NCBI GenBank assembly: GCA_964016885.1
Contig: CAXHJY010000096.1
Coordinates: forward strand, 2,790,001-2,854,000
Source: Eledone cirrhosa
Lineage: Eukaryota
DNA: 64,000 nt
Direction: 5' to 3'
Both the position numbers and the translations under genes were made by a program. Under the pieces are notes generated by a model. The model did no database searches and was not told where the DNA came from. It saw only the letters and a list, made by a program, of their open reading frames with translations. Below, piece after piece: positions 26,401 through 41,400 of this stretch (position 1 is its first letter; every line of letters starts with the position of its first letter).

Positions 26401-29400
26401 GAGATAATTTCCCGCCAGCCAAGGGAAGATAATATTTAAAAAAATCAGGCGGAGATAATTTGTAAAAAAAATCAGGGGGAGATAATTTGTAAAAAAATCA
26501 GGGGGAGATAATTTGTAAAAAAAAAATCAGGGGGAGATAATTTGTAAAAAAAATCAGGGGGAGATAATTTGTAAAAAAAAATCAGGGGTAGATAATTTGT
26601 AAACAAAAATCAGGGGGAGATAATTTGTAAAAAAAAATCAGGGGGAGATAATTTGTAAAAAAAATGAAAGGGGAGATAATATCCAGCCGTCCAAGGGGAG
26701 ATAATTTCCAGCCGTCCAAGGGGATATAATTTCCAGCCGTCCAAGGGGAGATAATTTCCATCCTTCCAAGGGGATATAATTTCCAGCCGTCCAAGGGGAG
26801 ATAATTTCCCGCCAGCCAAGGGAAGATAATTTTTAAAAAAATCAGGCGGAGATTGTAAAAAAAATCAGGGGGGAGATAATTTGTAAAAAAATCAGGGGGA
26901 GATAATTTGTAAAAAATAATCAGGGGGAGATAATTTGTAAAAAAATTCAAGGGGAGATAATTTCCAGCCGTCCAAGGGGAGATAATTTCCCGCCAGCCAA
27001 GGGAAGATAATATTTAAAAAAATCAGGCGGAGATTGTAAAAAAAATCAGGGGGGAGATAATTTGTAAAAAAATCAGGGGGAGATAATTTGTAAAAAAAAT
27101 CAGGGGGAGATAATTTGTAAAAAAATCAGGGGGAGATAATTTGTAAAAAAAATCAGGGGGAGATAATTTGTAAAAAAAATCATGGGGAGATAATTTGTAA
27201 AAAGAAATCAGGGGTAGATAATTTGTAAAAAAAAATCAGGGGGAGATAATTTGTAAAAAAAAATCAGGGGGAGATAATTTGTAAAAAAAATCAAGGGGAG
27301 ATAATATCCAGCCGTCCAAGGAGAGATAATTTTAAAAAAAAATGAGGCGGAGATAATTTGTAAAAAAAAAAATCAGGGGGAGTTAATTTGTAAAAAAAAA
27401 TGAGGGGGAGATAATTTGTAAAAAAAATCAAGGGGAGATAATTTCCAGCCGTCCAAGGGGAGATAATTTTCAGTCGTCCAAGGAGAGGTAATTTCTAGCC
27501 GTCCAAGGGGAGATAATTTCCAGCCGTCCAAGGGGAGATAATTTCCAGCCGTCCAAGGGGAGATAATTTTTTTTAAAAAATCAGGCGGAGATAATTTGTA
27601 AAAAAAATCAGGGGGAGATAATTTGTAAACAAAATCAGGGGGAGATAATTTGTAAAAAAAAATCAGGGGGAGATAATTTGTAAAAAAAATTAGGCGTAGA
27701 TAATTTGTAAAAAAAAATCAGGGGGAGATAATTTGTAAAAAAAAATCAGGGGGAGATAATTTGTTTAAAAAATCAAGGGGAGATAATTTGCAGCCGTCCA
27801 AGGGGAGATAATTTTCAGCCGTCCAAGGAGAGGTAATTTCTAGCCGTTCAAGGGGAGATAATTTCCAGCCGTCCAAGGGGAGATAATTTCCAGCCGTCCA
27901 AGGGGAGATAATTTCCAGCCGTCCAAGGGGAGATAATTTCCAGCCGTCCAAGGAGACATATTTTCCAGCCGTCCAAGGCGAGGTAATTTCTAGCCGTCCA
28001 AGGGGAGATAAATTCCAGCCTCCAAGGGGAGATAATTTCCAGCCAGCCAAGGGGAGATAATTTGTAAAAAAATCAGGGGGAGATAATTTGTAAAAAATAT
28101 CAGGGAGATAATTTGTAAAAAAAAATCAGGGGGAGATAATTTGTAAAAAAAATCAGGGGGAGATAATTTGTAAAAAAAAATCAGGGGGAGATAATTTGTA
28201 AAAAAAATCAAGGGGAGATAATTTCCAGCCGTCCAAGGGGAGATAATTTTCAGCCATCCAAAGAGAGGTAATTTCTAACCGTCCGAGGAGAGATAATTTC
28301 CAGCCGTCCAAGGGGAGATAATTTCCAGCCGTCCAAGGGGAGATAATTTCCAGCCGTCCAAGGAGACATATTTTCCAGCCGTCCAAGGAGAGGTAATTTC
28401 TAGCCGTCCAAGGGGAGATAAATTCCAGCCTCCAAGGGGAGATAATTTCCAGCCAGCCAAATGGAGATAATTTGTAAAAAAAATCAGGGGGAGATAATTT
28501 GCAAAAAAAATCAGGGGGAGATAATTTGTAAAAAATAATCAGGGGGAGATAATTTCCAGCCGTCCAAGGGGAGATAATTTAAAAAAAAATCAGGCGGAGA
28601 TAATTTGTAAAAAAAAATCAGGGGGAGATAATTTGTAAAAAAAAATCAGGGGGAGATAATTTGTAAAAAAAATCAAGGGGAGATAATTTCCAGCCGTCCA
28701 AGGGAAGATAATTTCCAGCCCTCCAAGGGGCTATAATTTCCAGTGTCCAAGGGGAGATAATTTCCAGCCAGCGAAGGGGAGATAATTTTTTTTAAAAAAT
28801 CATTGGGAGATTTGTAAAAAAAATCAGGGGGAGATAATTTGTAAAAAAAATCAAGGGGAGATAATTTCCAGCCGTCCAAGGGGAGGTAATATCTAGCCGT
28901 CCAAGGGGAGATAATTTCCAGCCGTCCAAGGGGAGATAATTTCCAGCCGTCCCAGGGTAGATAATATCCAGCCGCCCAAGGACATATTTTCCAGCCGTCC
29001 AAGGAGAGGTAATTTCTAGCCGTCCAAGGGGAGATAAATTCCAGCCTCCAAGGGGAGATAATTTCCAGCCAGCCAAGGGGAGATAATTTGTAAAAAAATC
29101 AGGGGGAGATAATTTGTAAAAAAAATCAGGGGGAGATAATTTGTAAAAAAAAATCAGGGGGAGATAATTTGTAAAAAAAAATCAGGGGGAGATAATTTGC
29201 AAAAAAAATCAGGGGGAGATAATTTGTAAAAAAAAATCAGGGGTAGATAATTTGTAAAAAAAAATCAGGGGGAGATAATTTGTAAAAAAAAATCAGGGGG
29301 AGATAATTTGTAAAAAAAATCAAGGGGAGATAATTTCCAGCCGTCCAAGGAGAGATAATTTTAAAAAAAATCAGGCGGAGATAATTTGTAAAAAAAAATC

Positions 29401-32400
29401 AGGGGGAGATAATTTGTAAAAAAAATCAGGGGGAGATAATTTGTAAAAAAAAATCAGGGGTAGATAATTTGTAAAAAAAAATCAGGGGGAGATAATTTGT
29501 AAAAAAAAATCAGGGGGAGATAATTTGTAAAAAAAATCAAGGGGAGATAATTTCCAGCCGTCCAAGGAGAGATAATTTTAAAAAAAATCAGGCGGAGATA
29601 ATTTGTAAAAAAAAATTAGGGGGAGATAATTTGTAAAAAAAAATCAGGGGGAGATAATTTGTAAAAAAAATCAAGGGGAGATAATTTCCAGCCGTCCAAG
29701 GGGAGATAATTTTCAGCCGTCCAAGGGGAGATAATTTCCCGCCAGCCAAGGGAAGATAATATTCAAAAAAATCAGGCGGAGATAATTTGTAAAAAAAATC
29801 AGGGGGAGATAATTTGTAAAAAAATCAGGGGGAGATAATTTGTAAAAAAAAAAATCAGGGGGAGATAATTTGTAAAAAAAATCAGGGGGAGATAATTTGT
29901 AAAAAAAAATCAGGGGTAGATAATTTGTAAAAAAAAATCAGGGGGAGATAATTTGTAAAAAAAAATCAGGGGGAGATAATTTGTAAAAAAAATGAAAGGG
30001 GAGATAATATCCAGCCGTCCAAGGGGAGATAATTTCCAGCCGTCCAAGGGGAGATAATTTCCAGCCGTCCAAGGGGAGATAATTTCCATCCTTCCAAGGG
30101 GATATAATTTCCAGCCGTCCAAGGGGAGATAATTTCCATCCTTCCAAGGGGATATAATTTCCAGCCGTCCAAGGGGAGATAATTTTCAGCCGTCCAAGGA
30201 GAGGTAATTTCTAGCCGTCCAAGGAGAGATAATTTCCAGCCGTCCAAGGGGAGATAATTTCCAGCCGTCCAAGGGGAGATAATTTCCAGCCGTCCAAGGA
30301 GACATATTTTCCAGCCGTCCAAGGAGAGGTAATTCCTAGCCGTCCAAGGGGAGATAAATTCCAGCCTCCAAGGGGAGATAATTTCCAGCCAGCCAAGGGG
30401 AGATAATTTGTAAAAAAAATCAGGGGGAGATAATTTGTAAAAAAAATCAGGGGGAGATAATTTGTAAAAAAAAATCAGGGGGAGATAATTTGTAAAAAAT
30501 AATCAGGGGGAGATAATTTGTAAAAAAAATCAAGGGGAGATAATTTCCAGCCGTCCAAGGGGAGATAATTTTCAGCCGTCCAAGGGGAGATAATTTCCCG
30601 CCAGCCAAGGGAAGATAATATTTAAAAAAATTAGGCGGAGATAATTTGTAAAAAAATCAGGGGGAGATAATTTGTAAAAAAAATCAGGGGGAGATAATTT
30701 GTAAAAAAAATCAGGGGGAGATAATTTGTAAAAAAAAATCAGGGGGAGATAATTTGTAAAAAAAATCAAGGGGAGATAATTTCCAGCCGTCCAAGGGAAG
30801 ATAATTTCCAGCCCTCCAAGGGGCTATAATTTCCAGCGTCCAAGGGGAGATAATTTCCAGCCAGCGAAGGGGAGATAATTTTTTTTAAAAAATCATTGGG
30901 AGATTTGTAAAAAAAATCAGGGGGAGATAATTTGTAAAAAAAATCAAGGGGAGATAATTTCCAGCCGTCCAAGGGGAGGTAATATCTAGCCGTCCAAGGG
31001 GAGATAATTTCCAGCCGTCCAAGGGGAGATAATTTCCAGCCGTCCAAGGGTAGATAATATCCAGCCGTCCAAGGACATATTTTCCAGCCGTCCAAGGAGA
31101 GGTAATTTCTAGCCGTCCAAGGGGAGATAAATTCCAGCCTCCAAGGTGAGATAATTTCCAGCCAGCCAAGGGGAGATAATTTGTAAAAAAAAATCAGGGG
31201 GAGATAATTTGTAAAAAAATCAAGGGGAGATAATTTCCAGCCGTCCAAGGGGAGATAATTTTCAGCCGTCCAACGGGAGATAATTTCCCGCCAGCCAAGG
31301 GAAGATAATATTTGAAAAAATCAGGCGGAGATAATTTGTAAAAAAAATCAGGGGGAGATAATTTGTAAAAAAATCAGGGGGAGATAATTTGTAAAAAAAA
31401 AATCAGGGGGAGATAATTTGTAAAAAGAATCAGGGGGAGATAATTTGTAAAAAAAAATCAGGGGTAGATAAATTGTAAAAAAAAATCAGGGGGAGATAAT
31501 TTGTAAAAAAAATCAGGGGGAGATAATTTGTAAAAAAAATGAAAGGGGAGATAATATCCAGCCGTCCAAGGGGAGATAATTTCCAGCCGTCCAAGGGGAG
31601 ATAATTTCCAGCCGTCCAAGGGGAGATAATTTCCATCCTTCCAAGGGGATATAATTTCCAGCCGTCCAAGGGGAGATAATTTCCCGCCAGCCAAGGGAAG
31701 ATAATTTTTAAAAAAATCAGGCGGAGATTGTAAAAAAAATCAGGGGGGAGATAATTTGTAAAAAAATCAGGGGGAGATAATTTGTAAAAAAAAATCAGGG
31801 GGAGATAATTTGTAAAAAATATTCAGGGGGAGATAATTTGTAAAAAAAATCAAGGGGAGATAATTTCCAGCCGTCCAAGGGGAGATAATTTCCCGCCAGC
31901 CAAGGGAAGATAATATTTAAAAAAATTAGGCGGAGATAATTTGTAAAAAAAATCAGGGGGAGATAATTTGTAAAAAAATCAGGGGGAGATAATTTGTAAA
32001 AAAAATCAGGGGGAGATAATTTGTAAAAAAATTCATGGGGAGATAATTTGTAAAAAAAAATCAGGGGTAGATAATTTGTAAAAAAAAATCAGGGGGAGAT
32101 AATTTGTAAAAAAAAATCAGGGGAAGATAATTTGTAAAAAAAATCAAGGGGAGATAATTTCCAGCCGTCCAAGGGGAGATAATTTTCAGCCGTCCAAGGA
32201 GAGGTAATTTCTAGCCGTCCAAGGGGAGATAATTTCCAGCCGTCCAAGGGGAGGTAATTTCCAGCCGTCCAAGGGGAGATAATTTTAAAAAAAAAATCAG
32301 TCGGAGATAATTTGTAAAAAAAATCAAGGGGAGATAATTTGCAGCCGTCCAAGGGGAGATAATTTTCAGTCGTCCAAGGAGAGGTAATTTCTAGCCGTCC

Positions 32401-35400
32401 AAGGGGAGATAATTGCCAGCCGTCCAAGGGGAGATAATTTCCAGCCGTCCAAGGGGAGATAATTTTTTTTAAAAAATCAGGCGGAGATAATTTGTAAAAA
32501 AAATCAGGGGGAGATAATTTGTAAACAAAATCAGGGGGAGATAATTTGTAAAAAAAAATCAGGGGGAGATAATTTGTAAAAAAAATCATGGAGAGATAAT
32601 TTCCAGCCGTCCAAGGTGAGATAATTTCCAGCCGTCCAAGGAGACATATTTTCCAGCCGTCCAAGGCGAGGTAATTTCTAGCCGTCCAAGGGGAGATAAA
32701 TTCCAGCCTCCAAGGGGAGATAATTTCCAGCTAGCCAAGTGGAGATAATTTGTAAAAAAATCAGGGGGAGATAATTTGTAGAAAATATCAGGGAGATAAT
32801 TTGTAAAAAAAAATCAGGGGGAGATAATTTCCAGCCGTCCAAGGGGAGATAATTTTCAGCCGTCCAAGGGGAGATAATTTCCCGCCAGCCAAGGGAAGAT
32901 AATATTTAAAAAAATCAGGCGGAGATAATTTGTAAAAAAAATCAGGGGGAGATAATTTGTAAAAAAATCAGGGGGAGATAATTTGTAAAAAAAAAATCAG
33001 GGGGAGATAATTTGTAAAAAAAATCAGGGGGAGATAATTTGTAAAAAAAAATCAGGGGTAGATAAATTGTAAAAAAAAATCAGGGGGAGATAATTTGTAA
33101 AAAAAATCAGGGGGAGATAATTTGTAAAAAAAATGAAAGGGGAGATAATATCCAGCCGTCCAAGGGGAGATAATTTCCAGCCGTCCAAGGGGAGATAATT
33201 TCCAGCCGTCCAAGGGGAGATAATTTCCATCCTTCCAAGGGGATATAATTTCCAGCCGTCCAAGGGGAGATAATTTCCCGCCAGCCAAGGGAAGATAATA
33301 TTTAAAAAAATTAGGCGGAGATAATTTGTAAAAAAAATCAGGGGGAGATAATTTGTAAAAAATCAGGGGGAGATAATTTGTAAAAAAAATCAGGGGGAGA
33401 TAATTTGTAAAAAAAATCATGGGGAGATAATTTGTAAAAAAAAATCAGGGGTAGATAATTTGTAAAAAAAAATCAGGGGGAGATAATTTGTAAAAAAAAA
33501 TCAGGGGGAGATAATTTGTAAAAAAAATCAAGGGGAGATAATTTCCAGCCGTCCAAGGGGAGATAATTTTCAGCCGTCCAAGGAGAGGTAATTTCTAGCC
33601 GTCCAAGGGGAGATAATTTCCAGCCGTCCAAGGGGAGGTAATTTCCAGCCGTCCAAGGGGAGATAATTTTAAAAAAAAAATCAGGCGGAGATAATTTGTA
33701 AAAAAAATCAAGGGGAGATAATTTGCAGCCGTCCAAGGGGAGATAATTTCCAGCCGTCCAAGGGGAGATAATTTTTTTTAAAAAATCAGGCGGAGATAAT
33801 TTGTAAAAAAATCAGGGGGAGATAATTTTTAAACAAAATCAGGGGGAGATAATTTGTAAAAAAAAATCAGGGGGAGATAATTTGTAAAAAAAATCATGGA
33901 GAGATAATTTCCAGCCGTCCAAGGAGACATATTTTCCAGCCGTCCAAGGCGAGGTAATTTCTAGCCGTCCAAGGGGAGATAAATTCCAGCCTCCAAGGGG
34001 AGATAATTTCCAGCCAGCCAAGTGGAGATAATTTGTAAAAAAATCAGGGGGAGATAATTTGTAAAAAATATCAGGGAGATAATTTGTAAAAAAAAATCAG
34101 GGGGAGATAATTTGTAAAAAAAATCAGGGGGAGATAATTTGTAAAAAAAAATCAGGGGGAGATAATTTGTAAAAAAAATCAAGGGGAGATAATTTCCAGC
34201 CGTCCAAGGGGAGATAATTTTCAGCCGTCCAAGGGGAGATAATTTCCCGCCAGCCAAGGGAAGATAATATTTAAAAAAATCAGGCGGAGATAATTTGTAA
34301 AAAAAATCAGGGGGAGATAATTTGTAAAAAAAAATCAGGGGTAGATAATTTGTAAACAAAAATCAGGGGGAGATAATTTGTAAAAAAAAATCAGGGGGAG
34401 ATAATTTGTAAAAAAAATGAAAGGGGAGATAATATCCAGCCGTCCAAGGGGAGATAATTTCCAGCCGTCCAAGGGGATATAATTTCCAGCCGTCCAAGGG
34501 GAGATAATTTCCATCCTTCCAAGGGGATATAATTTCCAGCCGTCCAAGGGGAGATAATTTCCCGCCAGCCAAGGGAAGATAATTTTTAAAAAAATCAGGC
34601 GGAGATTGTAAAAAAAATCAGGGGGGAGATAATTTGTAAAAAAATCAGGGGGAGATAATTTGTAAAAAATAATCAGGGGGAGATAATTTGTAAAAAAATT
34701 CAAGGGGAGATAATTTCCAGCCGTCCAAGGGGAGATAATTTCCCGCCAGCCAAGGGAAGATAATATTTAAAAAAATCAGGCGGAGATTGTAAAAAAAATC
34801 AGGGGGGAGATAATTTGTAAAAAAATCAGGGGGAGATAATTTGTAAAAAAAATCAGGGGGAGATAATTTGTAAAAAAATCAGGGGGAAATAATTTGTAAA
34901 AAAAATCAGGGGGAGATAATTTGTAAAAAAAATCATGGGGAGATAATTTGTAAAAAGAAATCAGGGGTAGATAATTTGTAAAAAAAAATCAGGGGGAGAT
35001 AATTTGTAAAAAAAAATCAGGGGGAGATAATTTGTAAAAAAAATCAAGGGGAGATAATATCCAGCCGTCCAAGGAGAGATAATTTTTAAAAAAAATGAGG
35101 CGGAGATAATTTGTAAAAAAAAAATCAGGGGGAGTTAATTTGTAAAAAAAAATGAGGGGGAGATAATTTGTAAAAAAAATCAAGGGGAGATAATTTCCAG
35201 CCGTCCAAGGGGAGATAATTTTCAGTCGTCCAAGGAGAGGTAATTTCTAGCCGTCCAAGGGGAGATAATTTCCAGCCGTCCAAGGGGAGATAATTTTCAG
35301 CCGTCCAAGGGGAGATAATTTCCCGCCAGCCAAGGGAAGATAATATTCAAAAAAATCAGGCGGAGATAATTTGTAAAAAAAATCAGGGGGAGATAATTTG

Positions 35401-38400
35401 TAAAAAAATCAGGGGGAGATAATTTGTAAAAAAAAAAATCAGGGGGAGATAATTTGTAAAAAAAATCAGGGGGAGATAATTTGTAAAAAAAAATCAGGGG
35501 TAGATAATTTGTAAAAAAAAATCAGGGGGAGATAATTTGTAAAAAAAAATCAGGGGGAGATAATTTGTAAAAAAAATGAAAGGGGAGATAATATCCAGCC
35601 GTCCAAGGAGAGATAATTTCCAGCCGTCCAAGGGGAGATAATTTCCAGCCGTCCAAGGGGAGATAATTTCCATCCTTCCAAGGGGATATAATTTCCAGCC
35701 GTCCAAGGGGAGATAATTTCCATCCTTCCAAGGGGATATAATTTCCAGCCGTCCAAGGGGAGATAATTTTCAGCCGTCCAAGGAGAGGTAATTTCTAGCC
35801 GTCCAAGGAGAGATAATTTCCAGCCGTCCAAGGGGAGATAATTTCCAGCCGTCCAAGGGGAGATAATTTCCAGCCGTCCAAGGAGACATATTTTCCAGCC
35901 GTCCAAGGAGAGGTAATTCCTAGCCGTCCAAGGGGAGATAAATTCCAGCCTCCAAGGGGAGATAATTTCCAGCCAGCCAAGGGGAGATAATTTGTAAAAA
36001 AAATCAGGGGGAGATAATTTGTAAAAAAAATCAGGGGGAGATAATTTGTAAAGAAATCAGGGGGAGATAATTTGTAAAAAAAATCAGGGGGAGATAATTT
36101 GTAAAAAAAATCAGGGGGAGATAATTTGTAAAAAAAAATCAGGGGGAGATAATTTGTAAAAAAAATCAAGGGGAGATAATTTCCAGCCGTCCAAGGGAAG
36201 ATAATTTCCAGCCCTCCAAGGGGCTATAATTTCCAGCGTCCAAGGGGAGATAATTTCCAGCCAGCGAAGGGGAGATAATTTTTTTAAAAAAATCATTGGG
36301 AGATTTGTAAAAAAATCAGGGGGAGATAATTTGTAAAAAAAATCAAGGGGAGATAATTTCCAGCCGTCCAAGGGGAGGTAATATCTAGCCGTCCAAGGGG
36401 TGATAATTTCCAGCCGTCCAAGGGGAGATAATTTCCAGCCGTCCAAGGGTAGATAATATCCAGCCGTCCAAGGACATATTTTCCAGCCGTCCAAGGAGAG
36501 GTAATTTCTAGCCGTCCAAGGGGAGATAAATTCCAGCCTCCAAGGTGAGATAATTTCCAGCCAGCCAAGGGGAGATAATTTGTAAAAAAATCAGGGGGAG
36601 ATAATTTGTAAAAAAAATCAGGGGGAGATAATTTGTAAAAAAAAATCAGGGGGAGATAATTTGTAAAAAAAATCAAGGGGAGATAATTTCCAGCCGTCCA
36701 AGGGGAGATAATTTTCAGCCGTCCAAGGGGAGATAATTTCCCGCCAGCCAAGGGAAGATAATATTTAAAAAAATCAGGCGGAGATAATTTGTAAAAAAAA
36801 TCAGGGGGAGATAATTTGTAAAAAAATCAGGGGGAGATAATTTGTAAAAAAAAAATCAGGGGGAGATAATTTGTAAAAAAAATCAGGGGGAGATAATTTG
36901 TAAAAAAAAATCAGGGGTAGATAAATTGTAAAAAAAAATCAGGGGGAGATAATTTGTAAAAAAAATCAGGGGGAGATAATTTGTAAAAAAAATGAAAGGG
37001 GAGATAATATCCAGCCGTCCAAGGGGAGATAATTTCCAGCCGTCCAAGGGGAGATAATTTCCAGCCGTCCAAGGGAAGATAATTTCCATCCTTCCAAGGG
37101 GATATAATTTCCAGCCGTCCAAGGGGAGATAATTTCCCGCCAGCCAAGGGAAGATAATATTTAAAAAAATTAGGCGGAGATAATTTGTAAAAAAAATCAG
37201 GGGGAGATAATTTGTAAAAAATCAGGGGGAGATAATTTGTAAAAAAAATCAGGGGGAGATAATTTGTAAAAAAAATCATGGGGAGATAATTTGTAAAAAA
37301 AAATCAGGGGTAGATAATTTGTAAAAAAAAATCAGGGGGAGATAATTTGTAAAAAAAAATCAGGGGGAGATAATTTGTAAAAAAAATCAAGGGGAGATAA
37401 TTTCCAGCCGTCCAAGGGGAGATAATTTTCAGCCGTCCAAGGAGAGGTAATTTCTAGCCGTCCAAGGGGAGATAATTTCCAGCCGTCCAAGGGGAGGTAA
37501 TTTCCAGCCGTCCAAGGGGAGATAATTTTAAAAAAAAAATCAGGCGGAGATATTTGTAAAAAAAATCAAGGGGAGATAATTTGCAGCCGTCCAAGGGGAG
37601 ATAATTTTCAGTCGTCCAAGGAGAGGTAATTTCTAGCCGTCCAAGGGGAGATAATTGCCAGCCGTCCAAGGGGAGATAATTTCCAGCCGTCCAAGGGGAG
37701 ATAATTTTTTTTAAAAAATCAGGCGGAGATAATTTGTAAAAAAATCAGGGGGAGATAATTTGTAAACAAAATCAGGGGGAGATAATTTGTAAAAAAAAAT
37801 CAGGGGGAGATAATTTGTAAAAAAAATCATGGAGAGATAATTTCCAGCCGTCCAAGGGGAGATAATTTCCAGCCGTCCAAGGAGACATATTTTCCAGCCG
37901 TCCAAGGCGAGGTAATTTCTAGCCGTCCAAGGGGAGATAAATTCCAGCCTCCAAGGGGAGATAATTTCCAGCCAGCCAAGTGGAGATAATTTGTAAAAAA
38001 ATCAGGGGGAGATAATTTGTAAAAAATATCAGGGAGATAATTTGTAAAAAAAAATCAGGGGGAGATAATTTGTAAAAAAAATCAGGGGGAGATAATTTGT
38101 AAAAAAAAATCAGGGGGAGATAATTTGTAAAAAAAATCAAGGGGAGATAATTTCCAGCCGTCCAAGGGGAGATAATTTTCAGCCGTCCAAGGGGAGATAA
38201 TTTCCCGCCAGCCAAGGGAAGATAATATTTAAAAAAATCAGGCGGAGATAATTTGTAAAAAAAATCAGGGGGAGATAATTTGTAAAAAAATCAGGGGGAG
38301 ATAATTTGTAAAAAAAAAATCAGGGGGAGATAATTTGTAAAAAAAATCAGGGGGAGATAATTTGTAAAAAAAAATCAGGGGTAGATAATTTGTAAACAAA

Positions 38401-41400
38401 AATCAGGGGGAGATAATTTGTAAAAAAAAATCAGGGGGAGATAATTTGTAAAAAAAATGAAAGGGGAGATAATATCCAGCCGTCCAAGGGGAGATAATTT
38501 CCAGCCGTCCAAGGGGATATAATTTCCAGCCGTCCAAGGGGAGATAATTTCCATCCTTCCAAGGGGATATAATTTCCAGCCGTCCAAGGGGAGATAATTT
38601 CCCGCCAGCCAAGGGAAGATAATTTTTAAAAAAATCAGGCGGAGATTGTAAAAAAAATCAGGGGGGAGATAATTTGTAAAAAAATCAGGGGGAGATAATT
38701 TGTAAAAAATAATCAGGGGGAGATAATTTGTAAAAAAATTCAAGGGGAGATAATTTCCAGCCGTCCAAGGGGAGATAATTTCCCGCCAGCCAAGGGAAGA
38801 TAATATTTAAAAAAATCAGGCGGAGATTGTAAAAAAAATCAGGGGGGAGATAATTTGTAAAAAAATCAGGGGGAGATAATTTGTAAAAAAAATCAGGGGG
38901 AGATAATTTGTAAAAAAATCAGGGGGAGATAATTTGTAAAAAAAATCAGGGGGAGATAATTTGTAAAAAAAATCATGGGGAGATAATTTGTAAAAAGAAA
39001 TCAGGGGTAGATAATTTGTAAAAAAAAATCAGGGGGAGATAATTTGTAAAAAAAAATCAGGGGGAGATAATTTGTAAAAAAAATCAAGGGGAGATAATAT
39101 CCAGCCGTCCAAGGAGAGATAATTTTAAAAAAAAATGAGGCGGAGATAATTTGTAAAAAAAAAAATCAGGGGGAGTTAATTTGTAAAAAAAAATGAGGGG
39201 GAGATAATTTGTAAAAAAAATCAAGGGGAGATAATTTCCAGCCGTCCAAGGGGAGATAATTTTCAGTCGTCCAAGGAGAGGTAATTTCTAGCCGTCCAAG
39301 GGGAGATAATTTCCAGCCGTCCAAGGGGAGATAATTTCCAGCCGTCCAAGGGGAGATAATTTTTTTTAAAAAATCAGGCGGAGATAATTTGTAAAAAAAA
39401 TCAGGGGGAGATAATTTGTAAACAAAATCAGGGGGAGATAATTTGTAAAAAAAAATCAGGGGGAGATAATTTGTAAAAAAAATTAGGCGTAGATAATTTG
39501 TAAAAAAAAATCAGGGGGAGATAATTTGTAAAAAATAATCAGGGGGAGATAATTTGTTTAAAAAATCAAGGGGAGATAATTTGCAGCCGTCCAAGGGGAG
39601 ATAATTTTCAGCCGTCCAAGGAGAGGTAATTTCTAGCCGTTCAAGGGGAGATAATTTCCAGCCGTCCAAGGGGAGATAATTTCCAGCCGTCCAAGGGGAG
39701 ATAATTTTTTTTTAAAAATCAGGCGGAGATAATTTGTAAAAAAAAATCAGGTGGAGATAATTCGTAAAAAAAAATCAGGGGGAGATAATTTGTAAAAAAA
39801 AATCAGGGGGAGATAATTTGTAAAAAAAATCAAGGGGAGATAATTTCCAGCCGTCCAAGGGGAGGTAATATCTAGCCGTCCAAGGGGAGATAATTTCCAG
39901 CCGTCCAAGGGGAGATAATTTCCAGCCGTCCAAGGGGAGATAATTTCCAGCCGTCCAAGGAGACATATTTTCCAGCCGTCCAAGGCGAGGTAATTTCTAG
40001 CCGTCCAAGGGGAGATAAATTCCAGCCTCCAAGGGGAGATAATTTCCAGCCAGCCAAGGGGAGATAATTTGTAAAAAAATCAGGGGGAGATAATTTGTAA
40101 AAAATATCAGGGAGATAATTTGTAAAAAAAAATCAGGGGAAGATAATTTGTAAAAAAAATCAGGGGGAGATAATTTGTAAAAAAAAATCAGGGGGAGATA
40201 ATTTGTAAAAAAAATCAAGGGGAGATAATTTCCAGCCGTCCAAGGGGAGATAATTTTCAGCCGTCCAAAGAGAGGTAATTTCTAACCGTCCGAGGAGAGA
40301 TAATTTCCAGCCGTCCAAGGGGAGATAATTTCCAGCCGTCCAAGGGGAGATAATTTCCAGCCGTCCAAGGAGACATATTTTCCAGCCGTCCAAGGAGAGG
40401 TAATTTCTAGCCGTCCAAGGGGAGATAAATTCCAGCCTCCAAGGGGAGATAATTTCCAGCCAGCCAAATGGAGATAATTTGTAAAAAAAATCAGGGGGAG
40501 ATAATTTGCAAAAAAAATCAGGGGGAGATAATTTGTAAAAAATAATCAGGGGGAGATAATTTCCAGCCGTCCAAGGGGAGATAATTTTAAAAAAAATCAG
40601 GCGGAGATAATTTGTAAAAAAAAATCAGGGGGAGATAATTTGTAAAAAAAAATCAGGGGGAGATAATTTGTAAAAAAAATCAAGGGGAGATAATTTCCAG
40701 CCGTCCAAGGGAAGATAATTTCCAGCCCTCCAAGGGGCTATAATTTCCAGTGTCCAAGGGGAGATAATTTCCAGCCAGCGAAGGGGAGATAATTTTTTTT
40801 AAAAAATCATTGGGAGATTTGTAAAAAAAATCAGGGGGAGATAATTTGTAAAAAAAATCAAGGGGAGATAATTTCCAGCCGTCCAAGGGGAGGTAATATC
40901 TAGCCGTCCAAGGGGAGATAATTTCCAGCCGTCCAAGGGGAGATAATTTCCAGCCGTCCCAGGGTAGATAATATCCAGCCGCCCAAGGACATATTTTCCA
41001 GCCGTCCAAGGAGAGGTAATTTCTAGCCGTCCAAGGGGAGATAAATTCCAGCCTCCAAGGGGAGATAATTTCCAGCCAGCCAAGGGGAGATAATTTGTAA
41101 AAAAATCAGGGGGAGATAATTTGTAAAAAAAATCAGGGGGAGATAATTTGTAAAAAAAAATCAGGGGGAGATAATTTGTAAAAAAAAATCAGGGGGAGAT
41201 AATTTGCAAAAAAAATCAGGGGGAGATAATTTGTAAAAAAAAATCAGGGGTAGATAATTTGTAAAAAAAAATCAGGGGGAGATAATTTGTAAAAAAAAAT
41301 CAGGGGGAGATAATTTGTAAAAAAAATCAAGGGGAGATAATTTCCAGCCGTCCAAGGAGAGATAATTTAAAAAAAAATCAGGCGGAGATAATTTGTAAAA